Origin: Ignavibacteriales bacterium
Lineage (GTDB): Bacteria > Bacteroidota > Ignavibacteria > UBA10030
DNA length: 64,000 nucleotides
Reading direction: 5' to 3'
NCBI GenBank assembly: GCA_037446575.1
Contig: JBBIII010000003.1
Coordinates: 87,430 to 151,429, forward strand
Made by a program: the position numbers and the translations under genes. Of this stretch, positions 1 to 10,291 are shown piece by piece. How positions within the stretch are numbered: the first letter of the stretch is position 1; each line of letters starts with the position of its first letter. Below the pieces are notes generated by a model, which saw only the letters and a list, made by a program, of their open reading frames with translations, searched no databases and was not told the DNA's origin.

Positions 1-18
1 GTCAAGAATATGAGCATT

Positions 19-1029
19 TTATTCAAAATTATGTTCAAAATAGTCGATTACCCTTTTTCTTTTAGTTTTATCTGCAATTGCCGAATCTAATCTTTTTGCT
101 AATTCTTTTGCTGCGTCATAGCCGTAATGTTTTAGCAAATAATCTAAGGCAATAACTTCTATAATTACAGTAATATTTTTTCCGGGAAAAATCGGCAACT
201 TTATATGCGGTAAATTAACGCTTAGGATGGCTATATCTTCATGGTCTAAACCTGTTCGAGTATATTCCATATCCTTTTGCCATTCTTGTAATTCTACTAT
301 AACTTCAACTCTTTTTTGATAACGAATTGACCGAATACCAAATATCGAACGTACATCAATTAAGCCAAGTCCTCTAATTTCCATATAATGCTTAACTACA
401 TCTGAACCTGAGCCAATTAGAATTCCTTCTCCTTTACGTGTAACTATTACAACATCGTCTGCTACTAAACGATGACCTCTTTCTGTTAAATCAAGAGCTA
501 TTTCACTTTTTCCAATACCCGATCTTCCGGTTATTAAAACTCCAACCCCATATACATCAATAAATGAGCCATGTAATACAGTTTGGGGGGCAAAATGGTC
601 GTCTAGAAAATCACTTATAAAATATACAAATTTTGTAGTCTCTAAAGGTGTCAAAATAACCGAAATTCGATGCTCTGTGGCGATAGCAACAAGTTCTTTA
701 TCAAGTTTGTTTTCACTAGTTACAAAGATGCATGGAAGGTCAAATTGTAGAATTGTCCTAAAGGATTTTTCTCTTTCCTTAATTGTAAGATGGTTCAAAT
801 ATTTAATCTCGGTATTGCCAAAAATTTGAACACGATTATATGTAAATAATTCAACATATCCGGCTAAAGCTAATCCAGGCCTATGTATGTTTTTATCAAC
901 AATTTCCTTGTTAAAACCAATATCTCCATTTACTGCCTCAAGCTTTAACCGCTTTTTATTTACTTCATATAAAAATCCGACTGTAATATTGCCCCTTTGT
1001 GTTCCTTTAATATTTTCCAGTCCCATCAC
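19..1029 (-). CDS. hprK: HPr kinase/phosphorylase
   Basis: 336 aa. Walker A motif GRSGIGKSEIALDL and the signature LVADD...MEIRGLGLIDV match the HprK family. Confidence 0.85.
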   Translation of the reverse strand: MMGLENIKGTQRGNITVGFLYEVNKKRLKLEAVNGDIGFNKEIVDKNIHRPGLALAGYVELFTYNRVQIFGNTEIKYLNHLTIKEREKSFRTILQFDLPCIFVTSENKLDKELVAIATEHRISVILTPLETTKFVYFISDFLDDHFAPQTVLHGSFIDVYGVGVLITGRSGIGKSEIALDLTERGHRLVADDVVIVTRKGEGILIGSGSDVVKHYMEIRGLGLIDVRSIFGIRSIRYQKRVEVIVELQEWQKDMEYTRTGLDHEDIAILSVNLPHIKLPIFPGKNITVIIEVIALDYLLKHYGYDAAKELAKRLDSAIADKTKRKRVIDYFEHNFE

Positions 1030-1043
1030 TTTTCTCCAGACGG

Positions 1044-1376
1044 TTATTCTTTTTCTCTAATTCTTCTTACGCTTTTACGGTCTTTTGAATGCAGTTTGTC
1101 TTTATATTTTTTTAATTGCGTTTTCAATTTGGATATCGCCAAATCAACAGATTTTAAAAAATCTTCACTTTTTCCTACGCTGGTCAACACATTACCATAA
1201 ACTGTAAGCGATATCTCTGCAATTTTAACGCTGTTATGAGTTTTTTCAAAAGAAAATATTGCTTCTGCTTTGATGATTCCATCATAGAATCTTGTTAATT
1301 CGTCGATTGAATTTTTTGTGTATTCAGCTAAAGATTCATGACATTTGAAATGCCTTGCTGTAATTTTAATATTCAT
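1044..1376 (-). CDS. hpf: ribosome hibernation promoting factor (sigma-54 modulation / RaiA family)
   Basis: MNIKITARHF...KLKTQLKKYKDKL follows the E. coli HPF pattern (M.L.ITG...KL..QL.KHKDKL). The probable start is the internal Met of the track ORF 1044..1391. Confidence 0.8.
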   Translation of the reverse strand: MNIKITARHFKCHESLAEYTKNSIDELTRFYDGIIKAEAIFSFEKTHNSVKIAEISLTVYGNVLTSVGKSEDFLKSVDLAISKLKTQLKKYKDKLHSKDRKSVRRIREKE

Positions 1377-1412
1377 TTTTTCCTCCTTCAAAAAAATTTT
1401 TTGTTATATGAA

Positions 1413-2300
1413 TCAGGCTTTCGGATGTGCCTCGTTGTATACTTTTTTCATCCTCGCAGATGAAATGTGTGTATAAATTTGAGTAGTCGATAAGCTTTCA
1501 TGCCCCAACAATTCTTGGACGGCACGTATATCTGCGCCATTATTCAACATATGCGTAGCAAATGTGTGACGAAGTACATGTGGACTTTTTTTCTGTACTT
1601 CCGATACCATATTGATATACTTTTTTACTATCCTTCCAACTAGTTGAGGATAGAGTCTCTTTTTCTTTGCTGTTACAAATAGTGGAATATTTTTATCAGA
1701 ACTTATATATACATCTTTTCTTTCTTCTAAATACTCTTTAATAGCTTTTGCCGCTTTACTGCCTAAAGGAAGAATTCTTTCTTTTCGCCCTTTTCCACTC
1801 ACCTTTATAACTCCGCCATTGAAATCGACGTCTTCCAAATTCATATTTATCAATTCACTCAACCTTATACCAGAACTATAAAATAATTCGATAATTGCGC
1901 TATTTCTTCTCCCAAAATTAATATCTTTAGCCACAACATCAAGTAAATTATTTATAGATGTCTCATCTAAATAAGTCGGCAATGTTTTTGTAATTTTCGG
2001 TGTAATTAGCGCTAATGTCGGATTTCCTTCAATAATTTTTTGCCGTCGAAGATATTTAAAAAAAGAGCGTAAAGAAGCAACTTTTCGCGCTATGCTACGC
2101 TGGTTAAATCCAGAATCGTGCAGAATACTTAAAAATTGACGTATAGTATTTTTATGAACAGTGGAAAAATCATTAATTTTTTCGTTTCTAAGAAATTGCA
2201 CAAAACTCATTAAGTCATTTTCATATGACATTATTGTATGTACAGAATAATTACGTTCTGAATCAAGATATTCAAGATATTTTCTGACGATATTTTCCAT
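1413..2300 (-). CDS. tyrosine site-specific recombinase XerC/XerD
   Basis: 295 aa. The C-terminal catalytic box HVLRHTFATHMLNNGADIRAVQELLGHESLSTTQIYTH includes the Tyr nucleophile. The N-terminal SAM-like core-binding domain is typical of Xer recombinases. Confidence 0.8.
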   Translation of the reverse strand: MENIVRKYLEYLDSERNYSVHTIMSYENDLMSFVQFLRNEKINDFSTVHKNTIRQFLSILHDSGFNQRSIARKVASLRSFFKYLRRQKIIEGNPTLALITPKITKTLPTYLDETSINNLLDVVAKDINFGRRNSAIIELFYSSGIRLSELINMNLEDVDFNGGVIKVSGKGRKERILPLGSKAAKAIKEYLEERKDVYISSDKNIPLFVTAKKKRLYPQLVGRIVKKYINMVSEVQKKSPHVLRHTFATHMLNNGADIRAVQELLGHESLSTTQIYTHISSARMKKVYNEAHPKA

Positions 2301-2303
2301 TTT

Positions 2304-4556
2304 TTATGAAGCGATTGCTTCTGTTTGACTAATCTCTTGTTTACATGCGGGACAAATTAAGTATTCCCCTTTTGCTTGCGTGTATTTTGTAACTATATAA
2401 TCATTACCGCATAAAGGACAAGCTTGCGCAACAGGTTTATCCCATGATGCAAAATCGCAATCTGGATATTTTGAACAGCCATAAAAAACGCGTTTACCTT
2501 TTTTTGTTTTTCGCTCTATCAAATTTCCTTCTTTGCATTTTGGGCACTTTATACCTGTGGAAATCGGCTTAGTATTTTTACAGTTCGGATAATTTGAACA
2601 TCCTAAAAATGCGCCAAACCTTCCACCTTTGACAATCATATCCGCGCCACATAGTTCGCATTTTTCCTTAATTAAATGCTGATGCTTCTCCGTGTCTTCA
2701 GCCAATGGTTTTGTACTCTTACAAGTTGGATATCCTGAACAAGCCATGAACCTTCCATTTCTTCCCCATTTAATTACCATCGGCTTACCACAAAGTTCGC
2801 ATAAATCTTCTGTAGTTTCTTGCAAAGTCTTTTTTATTGTCGAAGCCATAGTCGATGCTTTTTCTACAGCATGATGAAATGGTTCATAAAAATCTTTCAT
2901 AACGTCTAAATATTCTTGTTTTCCTGATGCAATAGTATCTAATTCTTCTTCCATCTTTGCCGTAAATTTTACGTTGAATATATCTGGAAAATGATTTACA
3001 AGCACCTTATTTATTTCCATGCCTAAATCTGTGGCAAATAATTTTCTTTCTTTGTGTTCAACATATTTTCGGTCAATTACAGTTGTTACTATTAACGCAT
3101 AAGTGCTTGGTCTTCCAATGCCGAGCGCTTCCAATTCTTTTACAAGTGTAGCTTCCGTGTATCTGCCCGGCGGTTTTGTAAAATGTTGGCGCGGATTTAA
3201 ATTCGACAATTGCACTTTGTTTCCTATTATTAAGGATGGAGGTATTTTTGATGTTGGGTCTTCATCTAATTCTGTTCCGTTTTCTTCTGCAATGTCATCA
3301 TATACCTGCAAAAATCCTCTAAACTTTGAAATCTGGTCGCTTGCTTTAAATAAATATTCACCCCCGCTTACTTCTATTGTAATTTGTTCGAATTCTGCCG
3401 AAGACATTTGACAGGCGATAAATCTATTCCATATCAATTCGTACAAGTTATACATATCCTTTTCGAGATATTTTTTTACGAATTTTGGCGTTAGTTTTAT
3501 AGATGTAGGTCGAATAGCTTCATGCGCATCTTGCGAAGATTTTCCTTTTTTAAATAATCGCGCTTCCTTTGGTAAATATTCCTTACCGTAATTGTTATAT
3601 ATATACTCTCTAACTTGTGTTACCGCTTCCTCGCTTAAACGAGTTGAATCGGTACGCATATAGGTTATTAGCCCAATTAATCCTTCTTCTCCAATTTCAA
3701 CCCCCTCGTATAATTTTTGTGCAAGCATCATTGTGCGCTTGGCAGATAAACGTAATCTTTTTGCCGCTTCCTGTTGAAGAGTGCTAGTTATAAAAGGCGG
3801 CGAGGGATTTCGCTTAATAGGTCTTTTTATAATATTAGTTATTTCATACTGATATTTTTTTATATCATTCAAATATCCATTGGCAGTTGTTTCATCTGTA
3901 ATTTTAGGTTCATCATCGTTAATTTTGGCAAGCTTTGCCAAAAATTTTTCATCAGATATTGTCGTGAACTCGGCAATTATAGACCAATATTCCTCTGGAA
4001 TAAAATTTCGAATTAATTTTTCACGTTCACAGATTAAACGTAGCGCCACCGACTGCACTCTGCCTGCCGAAAGTCCGTAATAAAAAGTTTTCCAGACGAA
4101 TGGTGTTACTTTATAACCTACAATCCTATCCATAGCGCGACGCGCTTGTTGCGACATTACTAAATGCATGTCAATTTTTTTTGGATGTGACATCCCATCG
4201 TGAATACCATCTTTTGTAATTTCATGGAACAAAACTCGCCGAATATGCTTATTACCATCTTTTATTTCATCCGCTATATGCGCGGCAATTGCTTCTCCCT
4301 CTCTATCCGGGTCTGTTGCAATATATACTGCTTTTGCTTTAGCGGCTTTATCCTTAATTTTATCTATAACATCCTCTTTTCCAGAGATTGTTTCATAAAT
4401 AACTGAGAAATCATTATCTATATCCACACTCAGTTTGCTTTTAGGCAAATTTTTAATGTGACCTACTGAGGCTTCTACAATGTATTCTTTCCCTAAATAT
4501 TTATTAATCGTTTTTGCTTTTGCCGGTGATTCTACAATAATAAGTGATTTTTCCAT
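2304..4556 (-). CDS. topA: DNA topoisomerase I
   Basis: 750 aa. Toprim N-terminus LIIVESPAKAKTI. Four C-terminal C4 zinc ribbons (for example CELCGKPM...CSGYPTCK). Confidence 0.9.
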   Translation of the reverse strand: MEKSLIIVESPAKAKTINKYLGKEYIVEASVGHIKNLPKSKLSVDIDNDFSVIYETISGKEDVIDKIKDKAAKAKAVYIATDPDREGEAIAAHIADEIKDGNKHIRRVLFHEITKDGIHDGMSHPKKIDMHLVMSQQARRAMDRIVGYKVTPFVWKTFYYGLSAGRVQSVALRLICEREKLIRNFIPEEYWSIIAEFTTISDEKFLAKLAKINDDEPKITDETTANGYLNDIKKYQYEITNIIKRPIKRNPSPPFITSTLQQEAAKRLRLSAKRTMMLAQKLYEGVEIGEEGLIGLITYMRTDSTRLSEEAVTQVREYIYNNYGKEYLPKEARLFKKGKSSQDAHEAIRPTSIKLTPKFVKKYLEKDMYNLYELIWNRFIACQMSSAEFEQITIEVSGGEYLFKASDQISKFRGFLQVYDDIAEENGTELDEDPTSKIPPSLIIGNKVQLSNLNPRQHFTKPPGRYTEATLVKELEALGIGRPSTYALIVTTVIDRKYVEHKERKLFATDLGMEINKVLVNHFPDIFNVKFTAKMEEELDTIASGKQEYLDVMKDFYEPFHHAVEKASTMASTIKKTLQETTEDLCELCGKPMVIKWGRNGRFMACSGYPTCKSTKPLAEDTEKHQHLIKEKCELCGADMIVKGGRFGAFLGCSNYPNCKNTKPISTGIKCPKCKEGNLIERKTKKGKRVFYGCSKYPDCDFASWDKPVAQACPLCGNDYIVTKYTQAKGEYLICPACKQEISQTEAIAS

Positions 4557-4568
4557 GTTTGAGTATCT

Positions 4569-5012
4569 TTAATGAATCGTATCGTTATAATCTAATGAAA
4601 TTAAACCATTCTCGTTTTCAGCGTCAAATAAATATCCTGCAACAAATGACTTCATTTTTTGTAATCCGACAGTTGAAAATCCTGCCAAGATAATTCTTTC
4701 AATCAATTTTTCGACATCATGGTTATTTAATATTCCCAACTGCTGACATTGGATCAAGTAACCGTATGCATCAGTATCGATAATCATTTTTTCATTTTCG
4801 TTCAATAATCTAAATGAACTGTTTTTAACTTTTTCATTAACCAAATATTTTCCATCTGATAACCTTTCAAATATCCAAGTAAAAGCAGACGATATTTCAG
4901 TTTGAGTATATCCTTTTCTTGTAAGCATAGATATATCTACATCGTTTAGATGCTTATTTTCTCGTAATTCATTTACTAAGAATAATATTATTTCAACTAT
5001 TCTTTCCTGCAT
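4569..5012 (-). CDS. smg: Smg protein (DUF494)
   Basis: 147 aa. LTRKGYTQTEISSAFTWIFERL and the C-terminal LIERIILAG block align with the E. coli Smg motifs [21 protein letters not shown] and VIERVLAL. It lies directly upstream of topA, as in many bacteria. Confidence 0.65.
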   Translation of the reverse strand: MQERIVEIILFLVNELRENKHLNDVDISMLTRKGYTQTEISSAFTWIFERLSDGKYLVNEKVKNSSFRLLNENEKMIIDTDAYGYLIQCQQLGILNNHDVEKLIERIILAGFSTVGLQKMKSFVAGYLFDAENENGLISLDYNDTIH

Positions 5013-5019
5013 TGCTATT

Positions 5020-5454
5020 TTATCCTACCTTTCTAAATATTTTTGTTAAATACTTATTTTCAAGTTTAATAATTTTTTTCTTTTCATCTGATGTCGCATC
5101 GTTATATCCGATTATATGGAGTAAGCCATGTATTATTAATCTGGATACTTCATTTGAGTAAGAGACCATATATTCTTTCGCTTGTTTTCTTGCGGCATCG
5201 AGGTTTATATAAATTTCAGCATCAATACCGCAATCTTTTCCCAGCGAAAATGCAATTACGTCCGTTGTATAATTATGATTTAGAAATTCTTTATTAATTT
5301 TTTTTATATGATAATTATTTGTAAAAATAATTGCCAGAGAGTTTTTTTTTCTTTTTTCAGTTTTTAAAACCAATTTTAAAATATTTACGATCTGTTTCTT
5401 TGGGAAGCGTAAAAAAGGATGGTTATATGATATTAATACCATTTTATTCGTCAT
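5020..5454 (-). CDS. ybeY: rRNA maturation endoribonuclease YbeY
   Basis: 144 aa. Zinc-binding motif HGLLHIIGYND (H-x3-H-x5-H family). Confidence 0.85.
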   Translation of the reverse strand: MTNKMVLISYNHPFLRFPKKQIVNILKLVLKTEKRKKNSLAIIFTNNYHIKKINKEFLNHNYTTDVIAFSLGKDCGIDAEIYINLDAARKQAKEYMVSYSNEVSRLIIHGLLHIIGYNDATSDEKKKIIKLENKYLTKIFRKVG

Positions 5455-5939
5455 ATCCGTTTCGAGCTCTTACCACGCACTTTAACCGATGTTTTCCTTT
5501 TTTTTTGAGGTGGAAGAATTGATTCGGTCAATGACAAAGCAATACCTGAAAGCATCACTTCGGGGCCCAACTTTGTAAAATCTCCCGATAAAATATTTCT
5601 ATCGACATTCGCATACAATGAACAACCACCTTCGCGTTCTATTGTTAATCCTGATAACTTACCGTCGGATTCTCCGATAAATGTAATTTCACCCAACATT
5701 TTACTGGTTACATAACCAGTGCAAAAATGCAATTGAAGATGAGCTGTTGGAGTATAAACAGAAATCAGATTTCCCTTTCTGTTACCTATATCGATGTCAG
5801 AATAAATTTCCAAAGCCAGTTTTCGTTTGTTTTGCTTATTTTCGATTTCAAAGCGAACATTTTTTTCAATGCAATTAGGCAGGCATCCTAAAATACCAGC
5901 AATTTTTTTAAAATCTTTATTTGTAAATTTAAATGTCAT
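5451..5939 (-). CDS. hypothetical protein
   Basis: 162 aa ORF overlapping the ybeY start by 4 nt (translationally coupled). Basic C-terminal tail. No family recognised. Confidence 0.4.
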   Translation of the reverse strand: MTFKFTNKDFKKIAGILGCLPNCIEKNVRFEIENKQNKRKLALEIYSDIDIGNRKGNLISVYTPTAHLQLHFCTGYVTSKMLGEITFIGESDGKLSGLTIEREGGCSLYANVDRNILSGDFTKLGPEVMLSGIALSLTESILPPQKKRKTSVKVRGKSSKRI

Positions 5940-5997
5940 ATTTTAAATACCGAACATGCCTTCGCCAATATAATTTCCACTATTTTGAATGTCAAGT

Positions 5998-6900
5998 TTA
6001 TATAATAATTGTTGTATTTTCTACTGCCGCTTCGCATTCAAATTTATATCCTCTGCTTCTAACTTCCCTTTTACATTTTTTTAATATGTCGTCAATTTTT
6101 TCATCGCTGTGGTTTTGATCGTGATGGAACAAGTAAAGTCTTTTTATGCCTGCTTCAGCAGCGAGACGCAATGTAAATAAATAATCAGAATGACCCCAAC
6201 CTACTCGATCTATATACTCCTCAGGCGTATATGTTGAATCGTGAATGAGCACATCTGCTCCAGAACAAAAATCGAAAATCCGCTGATTAGGCTCATCGCT
6301 TCCTGAAGCAAGAAATTTTTCTTTAACCTTTTGTTCAAAATTGCTCAAAGACCCCGCAAAAGCTCTATCAAACGGTTCATTATCGCTAATGTAGACAAGA
6401 GACATATTTCGATTTTCTATTCTATAACCTAGAGCAAATCCCGGATGATTAACATAAATCATTTTTACCATTGCATCATATACTTGCATTTCTCCTTCAT
6501 CTTTTATCGGAATGAAATTTATTTTTGCCTTCAAATCATGAAGTTGAACAGGAAAATAAATTCTATTCATTTGTTCAGAAATAATTTCGTTTAGCGATTT
6601 TTCCGCTCTTTCGGTGCCAACTATAACTAATTCGTTGCCCGGTATGAAAGCCGGTTTGAAAAAAGGAAATCCTTGTATATGATCCCAATGTGGATGTGAA
6701 ATAAATAAGTGCGCTTTTACTGATTCGCCAGTATTGATAAGATAATCTCCAAAACTTCTTATTCCTGTTCCGGCATCAAGAATAATTAATTTATCGTCAT
6801 TTAATCGTAATTCTAAACAAGGAGTATTGCCTCCGTAGCGAACTGTATGTTTACCTGGAGTTGGGATTGAACCGCGAACTCCCCAAAATGTTAATTTCAT
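5998..6900 (-). CDS. MBL-fold metallo-hydrolase
   Basis: 300 aa. Metallo-beta-lactamase motif HISHPHWDHIQG with downstream His/Asp ligands. Confidence 0.75.
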   Translation of the reverse strand: MKLTFWGVRGSIPTPGKHTVRYGGNTPCLELRLNDDKLIILDAGTGIRSFGDYLINTGESVKAHLFISHPHWDHIQGFPFFKPAFIPGNELVIVGTERAEKSLNEIISEQMNRIYFPVQLHDLKAKINFIPIKDEGEMQVYDAMVKMIYVNHPGFALGYRIENRNMSLVYISDNEPFDRAFAGSLSNFEQKVKEKFLASGSDEPNQRIFDFCSGADVLIHDSTYTPEEYIDRVGWGHSDYLFTLRLAAEAGIKRLYLFHHDQNHSDEKIDDILKKCKREVRSRGYKFECEAAVENTTIII

Positions 6901-6916
6901 AGCGTATCTCTATTAT

Positions 6917-7474
6917 TTATGATCTATATGTTTTAGCATAATAAGCATAATTAATTGCAGATTGAAATATCACTTCTTTTTCTTCATTCGTTAATGTGCG
7001 TTTTATTTTAGCTGGCACGCCCACTGCAAGCGTCCCTTCAGGCAACTCAAATCCCTCTAATACAACCGAGCCGGCGCCAATAATTGAATTTTTATGAATA
7101 TGCGCTCCGTCCATCACAACCGATCCCATTCCAATTAAACATTTATCTTCAATTGTACATCCATGTAATATAGCTTTATGACCAATTGTAATATCAGAAC
7201 CTATGTTTAGAGGAGCTGTACCCGTTGTTACATGCAAAACAGAATTATCTTGTATGTTGGTTCGTTTTCCGATTCTTATATAATTTACATCACCTCTTAT
7301 TACCGTATTAAACCAAATACTACTTTCCTCTTCAATCACTACATCTCCAATAATAATAGCTCCATCGGCAACGAAAACCGATTTATGTAATTTTGGTTTC
7401 TTACCAGAATATGACATTATTTTGTTTTTCATCATTCTGTGTATTTGGGAGGCACCCAATCTCCTCTGCTCCAT
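6917..7474 (-). CDS. gamma-class carbonic anhydrase family / hexapeptide-repeat protein
   Basis: Left-handed beta-helix hexapeptide repeats (FVADGAIIIGDVVIEEESSIWFNTVIRGD...) with the His ligands typical of the YrdA/PaaY family. The true start is probably an internal Met (MMKNK or MSYSG), which removes the apparent overlap with the upstream ORF. Confidence 0.75.
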   Translation of the reverse strand: MEQRRLGASQIHRMMKNKIMSYSGKKPKLHKSVFVADGAIIIGDVVIEEESSIWFNTVIRGDVNYIRIGKRTNIQDNSVLHVTTGTAPLNIGSDITIGHKAILHGCTIEDKCLIGMGSVVMDGAHIHKNSIIGAGSVVLEGFELPEGTLAVGVPAKIKRTLTNEEKEVIFQSAINYAYYAKTYRS

Positions 7475-8280
7475 TTCCGCAATTCAACACGAATACTTCC
7501 TAAAATAACTTTTAACCTGGCTGTAATCGGAATGCCTGCAATGTCGTTGGTAAAAACACCTTCAAATTTTCCTGTTAAGCCAAAAATTCCCACAAAATCT
7601 GCTTTGCCGGTTAATTTTATAACATCTATAGGATAATTTACAACATCAATTTCTTCTTTCATTCTTTGAACACCAAAATTTATTTCGGTCATTACTTCAT
7701 TCGTGTCTATAAACGTCGGTATTTTCATTTGTTTTTTTGTTTGTGCGTTTTCTCGTGCAAAGAAAAAAAGAGACAACCCGTCTTGGCAATTTGATGTGAT
7801 GCTGACTGTATCGCTACCTGCAATTATAACTTCACCGGTTTTGGTTTTCTCACCCCAATCATAATGCATAATACGGCGTTCGTAATCAAATTTCATTCTT
7901 CGTATAGATATTTTTTTTCTTGTGCTATCTTCGCTGACCCAGCCGTATGAAAATGCTTCTTCATCAATTTCGCTGTAAAATTTTACATGCAAGTCAACTA
8001 ACCAACCAAGAGAAGGATTTGAATCCATAAATGCATAGGCGCGATATACAGTGCGCCCATTGCGTTCTTCTTTATTTGTTACCTTAAATCGAATTGTTCC
8101 GATATTAAAAAAAGAGTAGTGAACACTGTATTCTAATTCTTCTCCTAAATAAAACATCCGATCTAAAACCTGTTTTGTACTGGTACATTTTGCGGGTTTA
8201 TTTAATGCTACTGATGTAGAACTAAACAAAAGAGTGTAAATAAGAAGAAGTATAATAATATTTAATTTATAGATATTAAT
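7432..8280 (-). CDS. hypothetical secreted protein (possible non-canonical AUU start)
   Basis: The track ORF starts at TTG 8229. The in-frame upstream sequence encodes a textbook signal peptide (NIYKLNIIILLLIYTLLFSSTSVA) preceded by AGGAG, a 9 nt spacer and ATT at 8280..8278. Confidence 0.4.
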   Translation of the reverse strand: MNIYKLNIIILLLIYTLLFSSTSVALNKPAKCTSTKQVLDRMFYLGEELEYSVHYSFFNIGTIRFKVTNKEERNGRTVYRAYAFMDSNPSLGWLVDLHVKFYSEIDEEAFSYGWVSEDSTRKKISIRRMKFDYERRIMHYDWGEKTKTGEVIIAGSDTVSITSNCQDGLSLFFFARENAQTKKQMKIPTFIDTNEVMTEINFGVQRMKEEIDVVNYPIDVIKLTGKADFVGIFGLTGKFEGVFTNDIAGIPITARLKVILGSIRVELRKWSRGDWVPPKYTE

Positions 8281-8307
8281 AAATAATTTCTCCTGTATAA
8301 AATAACA

Positions 8308-9933
8308 TTATTCCAAACGCGCTATTTTAGATGCTTCGGGAAATAATGTTAATGCTTTTTGGATTTGATTATCCATACCGAGCATAATCCCTATAGAACC
8401 TTCTAATCCATAAATCATTTGAGCAATTTGCGCTTTAAGACGCATGCGTAAAAAATCTATATCTTTTGAATATTCTTTTTCATCTATTTTTATGTCTTTA
8501 GATTCTATGAACTTTCGAAAATCTGACATCATTTCATTGCTTATTTGATATTTTGCTTTGAAAATTTCGTAATCCTTACTGTACTTTTCTCTTAAAGCAA
8601 AACCGGGTCCTTCCATAAACGTTTTAGTAAAATCATAAAAAAGATTGCGTCTCCAAATAGTCTGTACCAATCCTGTTACTTTTTCTGATTTAACTATATA
8701 ATCCGGAGTAATTCCACCACCTCCTAACACCTTGCGCCCACTGTTCGTTTTAAATATCGGAATTGATGTATCCGGCTTCACTTCAATATGTTCAAGGTTC
8801 TCCCCTTCTTGCTCTTCGCGTGTAAATGCTTCTATCTGATATTCGCTTTTATCTTTGCCTTGATATGGACGTTGTATTAAACGTCCGCTCGGCGTATAAT
8901 ATCTTGCAACTGTCAATCTAATTGCTGACCCATCTCTTAAAGGCCATTGCCTTTGAACTAAACCTTTGCCAAAGGAAGTCTCACCAACGACTAATCCTCT
9001 ATCCCAATCTTGAATAGCACCCGCTACTATTTCGCTTGCGCTCGCTGACGCATTGTTAATTAAAACAATTAACGGCAATTTTTCATATGCATCGCCGCTT
9101 CTTGCATTATACGATTCCTCAAATTCTACTTTCCGCGCTTTTGTATAAACTATTTTTTTCGGACTTACAACTGTACCGCCATCAAGAAACTTATCTGCCA
9201 TTCTTACTGCCTCTTCAAGATATCCACCGCCATTATCTCTTAAATCTAGAATTAACTTTTTCATCCCGTCTGCTTGAAGCTTTTGAAAAGCTTTTTCCAT
9301 TTCTGAATTTGTCGTCTCTTTAAATTGGTTAACCCTGATATATCCTATATCTTTTGTTATCATTAATGCCGCATCGATACTTACAAGTGCAATTTCATCG
9401 CGTATAATTTCAAAATCTAATATTTCTTTTACACTCGGGCGCACAATAGAAATTTTCACACGTGTTCCCTTTGGTCCACGAAGCGTTCGCATTACTTGTT
9501 GGTCTGTCCATTTTATTGCTGAAGTATCATTAATTTTTACTATCCTGTCGTTAGACAAAACTCCCATTCTTGCCGATGGACCGCCGGCAACCGGCTCTAC
9601 AACAGTAATTGTGTCGTTTAATATTCGAAAAGAAATTCCAACGCCTTCAAATTTTCCTTTAAAATCTTCAACAACTCTTTCGAATTGTCTGGGCGGTATA
9701 TAAACCGAATGGGGATCAAGTGTATTTAGCATCCCTACTATTGCCGATTCGGTAAGCTTGCCCGTATCCACTTCATCAACGTATGATTTTTCAGCCGCGC
9801 TTAATATATCTCCGAATTTTTTTATTTGCTCATAAATATTATCAGCGGAAATGAGCTTATTAATTCCCATTCCTGCTATCATACTAACAAGTATTAGCGC
9901 CGAAACAGTCGCCAACGAAAATCTTTTTTTCAT
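8308..9933 (-). CDS. ctpA: C-terminal processing peptidase (S41, Tsp/CtpA family)
   Basis: PDZ domain plus the S41 catalytic region (LIVLINNASASASEIVAGAIQDWDRGLVVGETSFGKG). Start placed at MKKRFSLATVSALILVSMIAG (signal peptide) rather than the track start at 10041. Confidence 0.8.
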   Translation of the reverse strand: MKKRFSLATVSALILVSMIAGMGINKLISADNIYEQIKKFGDILSAAEKSYVDEVDTGKLTESAIVGMLNTLDPHSVYIPPRQFERVVEDFKGKFEGVGISFRILNDTITVVEPVAGGPSARMGVLSNDRIVKINDTSAIKWTDQQVMRTLRGPKGTRVKISIVRPSVKEILDFEIIRDEIALVSIDAALMITKDIGYIRVNQFKETTNSEMEKAFQKLQADGMKKLILDLRDNGGGYLEEAVRMADKFLDGGTVVSPKKIVYTKARKVEFEESYNARSGDAYEKLPLIVLINNASASASEIVAGAIQDWDRGLVVGETSFGKGLVQRQWPLRDGSAIRLTVARYYTPSGRLIQRPYQGKDKSEYQIEAFTREEQEGENLEHIEVKPDTSIPIFKTNSGRKVLGGGGITPDYIVKSEKVTGLVQTIWRRNLFYDFTKTFMEGPGFALREKYSKDYEIFKAKYQISNEMMSDFRKFIESKDIKIDEKEYSKDIDFLRMRLKAQIAQMIYGLEGSIGIMLGMDNQIQKALTLFPEASKIARLE

Positions 9934-10291
9934 TAATCTTTCCTTTAGAAAAAAAACACTCTTCATATATTTGTTACATCTGTAAAATATAAATTTTTTT
10001 AAAACTTTTATATAAGGTACGTTAAATCGTTGCAAAATCAAATATCCTTATATCGCTGAAATTATATACGCAGAGGGTTTATGCTTGTTGCTTATTGCAT
10101 AATTTAATTATTGCGAGAGTCCTCTGAAATAATAATTTAATAATGGTAACCGCAAACTTTGGTTTGCTATCACATACTAAAAACCAAGCCTACAGCCTAT
10201 GTGAACTGCCATTTATCTTAGTTTTCAGAAGTTTCTACAAATAATAATTAAGATTTATATATTGTGCACTTTTAAATATTACCTAAATATT

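Noticed and set aside
1413-2300. Tyrosine recombinase as a marker of a prophage or integrative element
   Set aside because: It has XerC/D-type N- and C-terminal motifs and a housekeeping context (topA, hpf, hprK). No attachment-site repeats or phage genes are nearby, so it is interpreted as chromosome dimer resolution.
9934-10041. N-terminal extension of ctpA (track start MILQRFNVPYIKV...)
   Set aside because: A classic signal peptide begins at the internal MKKRFSLATV. The 36-residue extension has no family support, so the start was moved to 9933.
10152-10169. GCAAAC-tttg-GTTTGC hairpin downstream of lysS
   Set aside because: It has only a 6 bp stem and no U-tract in the minus-strand orientation, which is insufficient for a terminator call.
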